Origin: an uncultured Desulfospira sp.
Lineage (GTDB): Bacteria; Desulfobacterota; Desulfobacteria; Desulfobacterales; Desulfobacteraceae
Reading direction: 5' to 3'
Length of the DNA: 64,000 bases
NCBI GenBank assembly: GCA_963663165.1
Contig: OY760175.1
Span: forward strand, 1,984,001 to 2,048,000
Shown here: piece after piece, positions 55,996 through 64,000 of the stretch
How the letters are laid out: each line of letters begins with the position of its first letter
Numbering within the stretch: the first letter of the stretch is position 1
Translations under genes and position numbers: made by a program
The notes under the pieces: generated by a model
Database searches by the model: none
What the model was told of the DNA's origin: nothing
Seen by the model: only the letters and a program-made list of their open reading frames with translations

Positions 55996-58161
55996 TTGAA
56001 AGAGCCAATGCCGCCATCTTCAGAAAACCAGGAAAGCCCATCGTTTAAGGCCATTGTAAGCGCCATACCGGATATGATCATCCGCATCGGCAAAGACCGG
56101 GTCTTTAGAAGTTTTGAAGGAAATATCAAGGAATTGTACGAGCCGGTCGAAAACTATCTTGGCAAGGCCATTGACCAGGTTATGCCCAAAATTGCGGCAG
56201 AGCGGTTTACCGATGCCCTTGAAAAAACCTTCAGCACCGGCCAGGTCCATCATCTTGAATATACCCTTCCCATCAACAACCAGATCCACCACTATGAATC
56301 CCGCATGGCAAAGTGCAGCGATGAAGAGGTCATTGCCCTTGTCCGGAATGTGACCCGGGAACGGGAGAATGAGCTTGAGCTGAACAAACAATGCTCCCGG
56401 CTGACCCGACGGATAAAGGACCATAGCAGCAGCCTGTCGGCCGCCGAGAAAAAATACCAGGATATTTTTCACTATTCCGGGGCCCCTGCAGTTATTATCG
56501 AGCAGGACCGGACCATTTCCATGGCCAACCAGAAATTTGAAGAGTTTATCGGGTATCCCCGAAAGGACATCGAAAACCGGATCAAATGGACGGATTTTGT
56601 GCACCCCTCAGACCAGGATATGGTTTACCGGTACCATTTTGCCCGAAGGGCCGGTAAAAAAAATGTTCCCAATGAATACGAATGTCGGTTCATGGACCGG
56701 GACCGGAATGTCAGATCCGTTATCGTCAAGGTCGGGCTTTTAGCGGAACCGGGCCGGACGGTCACGTCCATCATCGACATCACCTCTTTAAAGCAGAAAG
56801 AAAAACAGATCCGGGACCGGGAGAGCATGTACAGCGCTATCCTGGAAGGATATGAAGGGTTTATCTATTCCATTGACAAGGATTACCGTATCCGGTTCCT
56901 TAACGAAAACCTGATCCGGGACACAGGGAAAGATGTGACCGGCCAGATCTGTTATGAAGCCCTTCACCGCCGGCAGTCCAAATGCCAGTGGTGTGTGGCG
57001 GATCAGGTGTTTGCAGGCCGCCGAATCCGGTTTCAGATGAAAAACCCGAGAAACAAAAAATGGTATTACAGCGTGAACGTGCCCGTGACCCTGTCGGACA
57101 ATTCCACCTTCTGCCAGTCCATGATTATGGACATCGATGAACACAAGCAAATGGAAGAAACCCTGCGGGCAAGCGAGGCCCATTTCAGGGAAGAAAACAG
57201 CCGGCTTCGAACCCGCATGGAAGACCGCCACGGATTTGGTGATATTGTGGGCCAAAGCCCGCTGATGCAGGAGGTCTACGAACTGCTGCTCCTGGCCGCA
57301 TCCTCGGATAACAACGTGATCCTTTACGGGGAGAGCGGCACCGGAAAAGAGCTGGCAGCCCGAACCATCCATGACATGAGCGGCCGGCGGGAGCACCGGT
57401 TTGTCCCCATCAATTGCGGGGCCATTCCTGAAAACCTCCTGGAAAGCGAATTTTTTGGATATAGAAAAGGGGCGTTCACCGGTGCTGTCAGCGACAAGCC
57501 AGGGCTTTTGGATGAGGCGGACAAGGGCAGCCTGTTCTTAGATGAAATCGGTGAGATCGAAACCGGATTCCAGGTCAAACTGCTCAGGGCCATCGAAGGC
57601 GGGGGATACACCCCTGTGGGCGGCAACGACCTGCACCGGCCTGATTTCAGGATTATTGCCGCCACCAACCAGAACCTGACGGAACGGGTGAAAAAAGGGC
57701 AGATGCGCTCGGACTTTTTTTACCGGGTTCATGTGATTCCCATCTACCTGCCCCCCTTAAGAAAGCGCAAGGAAGACATCCCCTTGCTCATCGAACATTT
57801 TTTCAAGGCTTATGACCGGAAAATCAGGCCCCGGGTCACCGCCAAAATCATGGATACCTTGTTGAACTATGCCTGGCCAGGCAATGTCAGGGAACTCCAG
57901 AACGTCCTTTACCGGTTTGTCACCCTCAAACGGCTGGACTTAAGCGGCACATCCCCGTCCATGGAAGCCGGACCCGAGGCCCCTGCAGCCTTTGATCTTG
58001 ACACGGGCACCCCCTTGACAGATGCGGTGGCCGGTTATGAAAAACAGCTGATCTCCTCGGCACTGGCCGAGCATAGGTGGAACCGGACCCAGACAGCCAA
58101 GCACCTCGGCATCGGTCTTCGAACTCTCCAGCGGAAAATGAAGCAGTACGGGATCCAGTAA
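55996..58161 (+). CDS. Sigma54-dependent Fis-family activator with three PAS domains
   Basis: GESGTGKE, ESEFFGYRKGAFTGA, LFLDEIGE, WPGNVREL, C-terminal HTH. Confidence 0.95.
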   Translation: MKEPMPPSSENQESPSFKAIVSAIPDMIIRIGKDRVFRSFEGNIKELYEPVENYLGKAIDQVMPKIAAERFTDALEKTFSTGQVHHLEYTLPINNQIHHYESRMAKCSDEEVIALVRNVTRERENELELNKQCSRLTRRIKDHSSSLSAAEKKYQDIFHYSGAPAVIIEQDRTISMANQKFEEFIGYPRKDIENRIKWTDFVHPSDQDMVYRYHFARRAGKKNVPNEYECRFMDRDRNVRSVIVKVGLLAEPGRTVTSIIDITSLKQKEKQIRDRESMYSAILEGYEGFIYSIDKDYRIRFLNENLIRDTGKDVTGQICYEALHRRQSKCQWCVADQVFAGRRIRFQMKNPRNKKWYYSVNVPVTLSDNSTFCQSMIMDIDEHKQMEETLRASEAHFREENSRLRTRMEDRHGFGDIVGQSPLMQEVYELLLLAASSDNNVILYGESGTGKELAARTIHDMSGRREHRFVPINCGAIPENLLESEFFGYRKGAFTGAVSDKPGLLDEADKGSLFLDEIGEIETGFQVKLLRAIEGGGYTPVGGNDLHRPDFRIIAATNQNLTERVKKGQMRSDFFYRVHVIPIYLPPLRKRKEDIPLLIEHFFKAYDRKIRPRVTAKIMDTLLNYAWPGNVRELQNVLYRFVTLKRLDLSGTSPSMEAGPEAPAAFDLDTGTPLTDAVAGYEKQLISSALAEHRWNRTQTAKHLGIGLRTLQRKMKQYGIQ

Positions 58162-58387
58162 AACCCTCATATACGCCATCATTGCCGCAAACCACGCCAA
58201 TAATGACGCGATTCCAATAAATACTTTAAAATCAAATAGTTAGTTATAATCAATCCCTTCGGCATGCCGATATCGGCATAGAAGACAATTCTGACAGCCC
58301 GCCCCCACCCTGCAACCTCAGCATCTCTATAAAAATTTCTCCTTTAATTTAAGATGATTACAAAATAAATACACCCCTTCCTCTTTC

Positions 58388-58403
58388 TGGCACAGAACTT
58401 GAT
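58388..58403 (+). promoter_or_regulatory. Sigma54 -24/-12 promoter, unit 1
   Basis: TGGCAC-AGAAC-TTGAT; IHF consensus AATCAAATAGTTA at 58230-58242; CGCCA-type enhancer repeats at about 58172-58210. Confidence 0.7.
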
Positions 58404-58474
58404 ACATCTTCTACAGAAAACAATGGAAACCAAACATTGCGCAATGATAGATAATTAAACCAAAGGAAAGTATC

Positions 58475-58621
58475 ATGAAACACCCATATGAATCAGCATT
58501 TGACTCGAACCCGATAGAACTGTCAGCCTTGATCAAAGAAAGCAGAAGGCGGAGCAACCAAAGCATGATTCGCTCCCTGAAAACATTAATCAATATGCTG
58601 GGGCACACCTTAAGACGGTAG
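58475..58621 (+). CDS. Small basic protein, 48 aa (unit 1)
   Basis: MKHPYESAFDSNPIELSALIKESRRRSNQSMIRSLKTLINMLGHTLRR; AAGGA SD; paralog at 59157. Not in the ORF track. Confidence 0.65.
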   Translation: MKHPYESAFDSNPIELSALIKESRRRSNQSMIRSLKTLINMLGHTLRR

Positions 58622-58668
58622 GACAAACGCTGACTCTGATCCAGCAAGACCCTCCTTAAGCCTATCGG

Positions 58669-58707
58669 GCAGGGCCGGTGCGGATATGGCACCGGCCCTG
58701 CTTTTTT
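58669..58707 (+). terminator. Intrinsic terminator, unit 1
   Basis: GCAGGGCCGGTGC-N7-GCACCGGCCCTGC-TTTTTT. Confidence 0.85.
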
Positions 58708-59070
58708 CTTCCATTCCACCGGAACCGACCCAAGCCAGCCAGTTTCCCATTTTCTGCCCGGTCGCAATGCCGTTCACTGCCTTAAGATAACGCCTATTCA
58801 TAATTGTTCGGCATTTTAAAACGGCAGCACCAGGGGGCAGCGCCCCCTTGATGTGCCGGGATTGCCGCAAACCACGCCATTTTTGGCGTAATTTCTATAA
58901 ACACCATTAAATCAAACGGTTACAAGAAATTAAGCCGCCCGGGATGCCGGTATTGACGCATCAGGTGATCCCGCAAGCCTGTCTCCCGGCCACCACATTT
59001 CTTAGCCTATTAAAAAATAATTCATTAATTTAAATCACTTAAAAACCAATCACACGCCCCTGCCGATCAC

Positions 59071-59086
59071 TGGCACAGAAGTTGAT
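59071..59086 (+). promoter_or_regulatory. Sigma54 -24/-12 promoter, unit 2
   Basis: TGGCAC-AGAAG-TTGAT; IHF consensus AATCAAACGGTTA at 58910-58922; ACGCCATTTTTGGCGT palindrome upstream. Confidence 0.7.
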
Positions 59087-59156
59087 TAATATATGGCAAA
59101 AGACAATGGAGACCAAACATTGCAAAATGACAATTAAAAACCAAAGGAAAACCCCC

Positions 59157-59321
59157 ATGAAGATTGCGTACCAAACCGCATATGACTCAAACCCTGCACG
59201 ACTGCAACTTTTAATAAAAAGAAGCAAAAACACACGCAACCCAAGAACGACTCACTCCTTAAAAACGTTGCCAACCCTCATGCTGGGAATGATCCTGATG
59301 GCAAAACGGGCCTTACCCTGA
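59157..59321 (+). CDS. Small basic protein, 54 aa (unit 2)
   Basis: MKIAYQTAYDSNPARLQLLIKRSKNTRNPRTTHSLKTLPTLMLGMILMAKRALP; AAGGA SD. Confidence 0.65.
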   Translation: MKIAYQTAYDSNPARLQLLIKRSKNTRNPRTTHSLKTLPTLMLGMILMAKRALP

Positions 59322-59346
59322 TCCGGGACCAGTTTTGAGTCTATCG

Positions 59347-59386
59347 AACAGGGCCGGTGCGCTATCCGCACCGGCCCTGTTTGTTT
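59347..59386 (+). terminator. Intrinsic terminator, unit 2
   Basis: AACAGGGCCGGTGCG-N5-CGCACCGGCCCTGTT-TGTTT. Confidence 0.8.
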
Positions 59387-59677
59387 CCGTCTTTATATTT
59401 TTAAACCGGCTTTCGACTATGTCCAGATCTCGCCTATCCGTTTTCCGTGATTTTCTTTAAAAAGCATGTTGACTCGAACCTATCCCGGAGAATAGGATAG
59501 ATAAAGGGTCGGGCATATGTAAAGGAGGTGAATCTCCGCCACGCCACTTTGCCCGGACTGTGCCTGCCACCGGAGCCGGTTTTTACCCTTTCCTGCCATA
59601 CAGAGTAAATTTTGTGGCTCATATTTTGGGATTTATGAGCCACAAACAGATTTGAAGCTGCCTGTTCTTATCCTTCT

Positions 59678-60268
59678 TCATTCAACGCCTTCCCAGTTTT
59701 GATACCTGTCCCGGGACCAGCGGAGGTATTTCAACAGTTCCCAGTTCACCGAGTCGGGATCAAACTGCTCACTGTCAAAGTTGCCGCCGGCCCAATCCAT
59801 GTAGCTTTCATGATCTTCATGGGTCGGGTCCTGCAGGGCTTTGCAGAATTCAAAGTAGCCAGGAACGCCGCCCACATCTTCAGGCGGACAGGCTCGTTCA
59901 CCTTCCATACACATCAGCTCTGCTTCTGATGTTGAAACAAGATACCGGTTCTCTTCAAGAACCAGTCGGTGTTTCCAGCCATCGCCAAAATCATAATGAT
60001 AAAAAAACTCACGCCCTTTCTGTTTGATCAGATCTCCGAGCCGGTATTTCCCGCATTCAAGCCCGTCTTCTTTGGATTCCGGATATTCGGTGTAACACTT
60101 TTTACTTATCACAAATTCGTGCAGATGGCTGTCGGTCCAGCCCATGACAATCTGGATAACATCGTGGAGCCGATCCAGTGTAATACTTGCGGGCACCACA
60201 AAACGACGCCAGATTGCCGGCTCGATGTCAATCAACTCAATTTCCAACAGGTAAAATCGTTCTTTCAT
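59678..60268 (-). CDS. pRiA4b ORF-3-like protein
   Basis: PAIWRRFVVP..LHDVIQIVMGWTDSHLHEF, YDFGDGW, GERACPPEDVGG. Confidence 0.9.
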   Translation of the reverse strand: MKERFYLLEIELIDIEPAIWRRFVVPASITLDRLHDVIQIVMGWTDSHLHEFVISKKCYTEYPESKEDGLECGKYRLGDLIKQKGREFFYHYDFGDGWKHRLVLEENRYLVSTSEAELMCMEGERACPPEDVGGVPGYFEFCKALQDPTHEDHESYMDWAGGNFDSEQFDPDSVNWELLKYLRWSRDRYQNWEGVE

Positions 60269-60293
60269 TTCTTCACCTCATACCCTGATTCCG

Positions 60294-60503
60294 TCATTCG
60301 GCTTTGTTTTCATCATGGTGTTCATTGCCTGCAGCCGCACCGCCTGATCGCACCCACCCGTCCACTTCATCTTTCTTGAATTTCCAAAGACGGCCGATTT
60401 TATGGGCGGGCATGCCTTTTTCGTTTATCCATTTATAGATGGTATCTCGCTTGATCCCGAGATAGGCTCCAATTTCATCTACGGACAACCATCTGTCTTC
60501 CAT
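60294..60503 (-). CDS. Excisionase-type HTH_17 protein (MAD1-like)
   Basis: MEDRWLSVDEIGAYLGIKRDTIYKWI..MPAHKIGRLWKFKKDEVDGWV. Confidence 0.85.
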   Translation of the reverse strand: MEDRWLSVDEIGAYLGIKRDTIYKWINEKGMPAHKIGRLWKFKKDEVDGWVRSGGAAAGNEHHDENKAE

Positions 60504-60710
60504 TTTCAACTCCATCATTCCTTGAGGGCCGGGCCATTTTTTGATGTATGGCGGCTCGTCAAGTTGTTTAACCGGACGGCATCCCATAGGGTGCAATCCG
60601 GCTAAATTAGAACAACGATGTTGACGCTCATCAGATCGATACAAACGGGTTTGTGGCTCATATTTAACAAAAAATGAGCCACAAACTATTTTGTGGCTAA
60701 TTCATGATCC

Positions 60711-61454
60711 TCAAAACGCATGATACCCTTCAGCAATATTCAACAGTTCCGGGTAAGCCAGGGTGGCGGCACGGCGGCCCCGGCCCGGCTGAAGCTCTTT
60801 CAGTATCCCTTCCGACTTCAAAAGCGTGAGAATACGCTTGGCCGTGGGAACTGGAATGTCGGATGACTGAAAAAAGTCAGATGTTTTAAAAATCGGCCGT
60901 TCAAAGACCCAGTCCAGGGTATGGATGGCATACTGGGAATGGGTCATGTCGGCAAAACCGGTTTTCATCCGGTTGTACAGGTCCAGAATGGCCCGGGCTT
61001 TGGCCAGGTTCTCCTCGGCCTGGATCTTGACCGCCTCAAGAAAGAATGCGCACCACCCGGTCCAGTCGCCGGCCCGGGAGACCTCAAGCAGCCGCTCATA
61101 ATAGATATCGCGGTGGCTTTCCAGATAGGCACTGATATAGAACATGGGCTGCTGGATAAGCCCGGCCTGGTATAAAAACAACGGGATGATCATGCGGCCC
61201 AGCCGGCCGTTGCCGTCCAAAAAGGGATGAAGGGCTTCAAATTCGGCATGGAGCAGGGCCAACTGGATCAACGGATCAAGGCTCTGTTCATGGATGAATT
61301 TTTCCCACCTGGACATGGCCTGGGGCAGTTTATCCGCCGAGACCGGCACATACCGTGCTTCGGCCATGGGACAGCCCACCAGGGATATCAGGCGGCTTAA
61401 GTCCAGGTCCGTGGGTGGGAATTGCCCTTCATGATAATGTACCGGGTTGCTCAT
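60711..61454 (-). pseudogene. Fic-family protein with an apparent in-frame internal deletion
   Basis: Intact HPFLDGNGRLGR motif, but the N-terminal FPP..LISLVG runs directly into CPMAEARYVP, lacking the usual intervening helical region. Confidence 0.65.
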
Positions 61455-62940
61455 CCGTCATTCTCCTTAATGAACTCTTTATATTTCTCGGCAATTACCA
61501 ACAAATCGTTATCTTCTATCTTTTCGTTCCGGGTCAGGGTTCTTTTAACCCACTCTCCCCGGATACGAAATTTTTCTTCATAGGTTCTGGGTGCCAGGAT
61601 CTCCCGGCCATCCGGGGTGCGTTTGTACAGCCGGTTTCCCCTGCGGTCAATGCCGACTTTGTCGGCTACGGCCATAAAGGCCTTGTACTCTTTGTCTCCA
61701 CCCAAAGCTTCAATCTTTTTTTCCTGGTCATTTTTACGGCGCAAAAACAAAAGACTGGTCAGGATATTAACGTTGGCCTCGGCAATAAAGGCCTCCACAG
61801 GCAGGTCAACAGAGGCAAGGACTTGAGTTTCCCGCATGATCCACCAACGGATGTATTCAGCTGCCGGATTGTCTAAAACCCCGTCCGGCAGAACAATGCC
61901 CATGCGTCCGGTGCCCGGCTTCAGCCATTTGATGCATCGTTCAATAAAAAGGATCTCCGGTGCGACAGCTCCTTTTAGAGTTCCTGTCTTCCGAAAGCCG
62001 CCCTCTCCATCAGATTCCCAGGCATGGCCCAGTTCATACTGTTTTAGGATATGCTCGTCCGTAATGGGGATATCCGAACCAAAAGGCGGATTGGTAGCAA
62101 TGATATCCATGGAACCTAAGGGAATCTCCTTCTGGGCAGCCTTCAAATCATTGAGATGACCCAGGGGAAATTCCAGAGAGTTGATATTATAAAGATGCCC
62201 CCGCCCGTCTCCTGCCAGCACCATATTCATCTGAGCGGCCCGGATCAGGAAAGGATCAAAGTCCGCTCCAAACACTTTGTCTGCCCCGTACTCTTTGAGG
62301 CGTTGATGCACATTAAAAAACTCTATGGTATTTTCATCACCCGCCTGGGTATTCTGCTCATCCCTGAATTTTTTGAGCCAGGCCCAATGCGGCCACCAAA
62401 AACCCGCCGGTCCCGCATGCCGGGTCCAGCAGGGTCTCATCTTCCCCGGGGTCCAGCATGTCAATGACCAGCTTGACCACGCCCCTTGGGATGAAAGACG
62501 GTTTCAAAGCGCTTCTGCTCCTTTTCCACAAAGAAAAAATCCAGGCCGTTGGTCCACAGTCCATATTGAACCGACTCCACAGTGCCCAGGACGGTCTCAA
62601 TATCTTTAAGGTCTTTGGCAGCCTGGTCGTAGTCCCTGATTCGTACAGCATTCTTTCCCGTTTTGGGTTCAGGCCGGCAAATCACGGCACGACTCATATG
62701 TTCAAGTGTATGCTCACACTCATGGTGAAAAATAGCGATATCCACTTTTTTCCGCCCGGCAACAGGAAAATCCAATACCATGTTTTCGGGTGAAAAACCG
62801 TATTCATGAATAAGCGCTCGTGCCACCCGCTGCCGAACGATCTCCTTTTTGCTCTCTTTGATTTGCTTACCGGAAATATAATCCAGTGTATAACCGGCCG
62901 GAATGGTCCGCTCGGGCTGTTTTTTCTTGTCGGAACTCAT
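61451..62940 (-). pseudogene. N6-adenine DNA methyltransferase with HsdR_N-like N-terminus (MAD2/type I M-like), broken into three frames
   Basis: Frame 1 DYISG..VRQ..HEYG..VDIAIF..LWTNG; frame 2 FIPRGVV..LLDPACGTGGFL; frame 3 GADFD..MNM..GDG..NPPFG..PEILFIERC. Confidence 0.85.
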
Positions 62941-63192
62941 ATGAAACGGCCCCTCAGTGAATACAAAACACGTTCCATATGATTAAACATTATGGCATTG
63001 AAGTTTGCCGCCCCATCTATCTGACATAACATTATAGCAATACCTACCGTTACTGTTCCATTAACAAAAGACCCTGAATCCGACACAAGACCAACCCATC
63101 AAAAATTTATCAGGATATACTAAAATGAGTCGCGGATTACCAGTTCATTTTTTGTGTTGCAAAACACTAAACACTTAGGCTATAGAGGGGCC

Positions 63193-63609
63193 ATGAAAAA
63201 CTTTGGTGATACTATCCGTAACTTAAGGGTTGCACAAGATTTAGGGTTGCGGCAGACCGCTGCCAAGGTGGGAATCTCACCAGCCTATCTCAGTCGAATT
63301 GAAAGAGGCAAGGAACGTCCCCCAAGACCGGAAATCATCAAGGAGCTTGCCAAAGTGCTGGCGGCAGATCCGGATGTGCTGTTCAGGTTGTCGTCTTCAA
63401 CAGATCCAGAGGTTGTGGATTTCCTGAATGAGCAGCCTGAAATCATGTCTCTTTTAAGGTATATTAAAAAGAAAAATTTTTCCCAGGAAGACATCCAAAT
63501 TCTTCTACAGGCTGCAAGAGATATAAAAACAGATATGCCTAGCAGATCCATTTCAAAAATAGAACTGCGCGAATCCTCCATGCTGCCAGGTCAAGGACAT
63601 CCGGGTTGA
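63193..63609 (+). CDS. XRE-family HTH transcriptional regulator
   Basis: FGDTIRNLR..LRQTAAKVGISPAYLSRIERG. Confidence 0.88.
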   Translation: MKNFGDTIRNLRVAQDLGLRQTAAKVGISPAYLSRIERGKERPPRPEIIKELAKVLAADPDVLFRLSSSTDPEVVDFLNEQPEIMSLLRYIKKKNFSQEDIQILLQAARDIKTDMPSRSISKIELRESSMLPGQGHPG

Positions 63610-64000
63610 GCTACACGGAGCGGATTGACGCAGTTTTCATAAGGTGCTGAAAAAATCGCCTGATTTCAAAACGACTTACCCGGTGCATAAGCCTGTTGTT
63701 CCAATATCGTTCGTACTTTTTCGGCAAGCAATTGGCACGTCAATAAAGGGATTCAGGCAATTTGTTGGTACCAAGGGTTGCAAAAAGAACCAAGTACCAA
63801 CAAAATGTTGGTATGTCAAAGCTTAACTTGAGTTAACCGAGCACTCAGAAAAACTATGAAGTGAAAATATATTCTTTATTTTTAGTTAGTTAAGGTTAGA
63901 TGAGGGTGGGTAATTTTTAGGTGGTGGTGGAGGAAGCAGAGCCTTGCCCTAATTCGTTCTCCAAACCAAATCATATCCATAAACCCTGTTTATTCAAGAT

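Noticed and set aside
58411..58870. Minus-strand ORFs 58411-58767 and 58610-58870
   Set aside because: Promoter, SD, terminator and paralogy all support the plus-strand small ORFs instead.
63640..64000. Possible IS end or gene start at the right edge
   Set aside because: No transposase sequence or paired inverted repeat visible inside the window.

Overview
Bacterial chromosomal segment. Gene content (cytochrome c3 + Rnf, split PurH, sigma54 regulators, heptamer-repeat intergenic elements) suggests a Desulfobacteraceae-like anaerobe; this is inference, not a database match. (1) 1-20.9 kb: a minus-strand cluster divergent from a DtxR-family repressor. It holds a TonB-dependent receptor, a 1069-aa multidomain surface protein, eight PEP-CTERM-type (VPxPG-TM-RR) surface proteins, two HutW/ChuW-like radical SAM enzymes and an MptD-type ECF transporter. 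Five of the surface proteins share an unassigned domain with two invariant Met residues. Non-coding signals include four 20-bp DtxR-type palindromes, a c-di-GMP-I riboswitch plus a decayed copy, and a thrice-repeated hairpin/SD motif. This is the best candidate for an undescribed system: surface-displayed tetrapyrrole/heme or metal capture in an anaerobe. (2) 21-37 kb: mostly core genes (CPBP protease, pldA, a periplasmic binding protein-Schlafen fusion, tRNA-Asn, rseC-cytochrome c3-rnfCDGEA without rnfB, mltG, Smr, RNB nuclease). (3) 37-46 kb: an SrfABC-like triad (membrane protein, degenerate GTPase, Hsp70/actin-fold ATPase), a tRNA-Leu 3' fragment resembling an att site, and three type II toxin-antitoxin modules. 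(4) 46-58 kb: split purH, methyltransferases, FUSC, GNAT and a PAS sigma54 activator, followed by two duplicated sigma54-promoter/small-protein units. (5) 59-64 kb: a decayed MADS/type I RM-like defence remnant. All family assignments come from motif recognition by eye; no searches were run.
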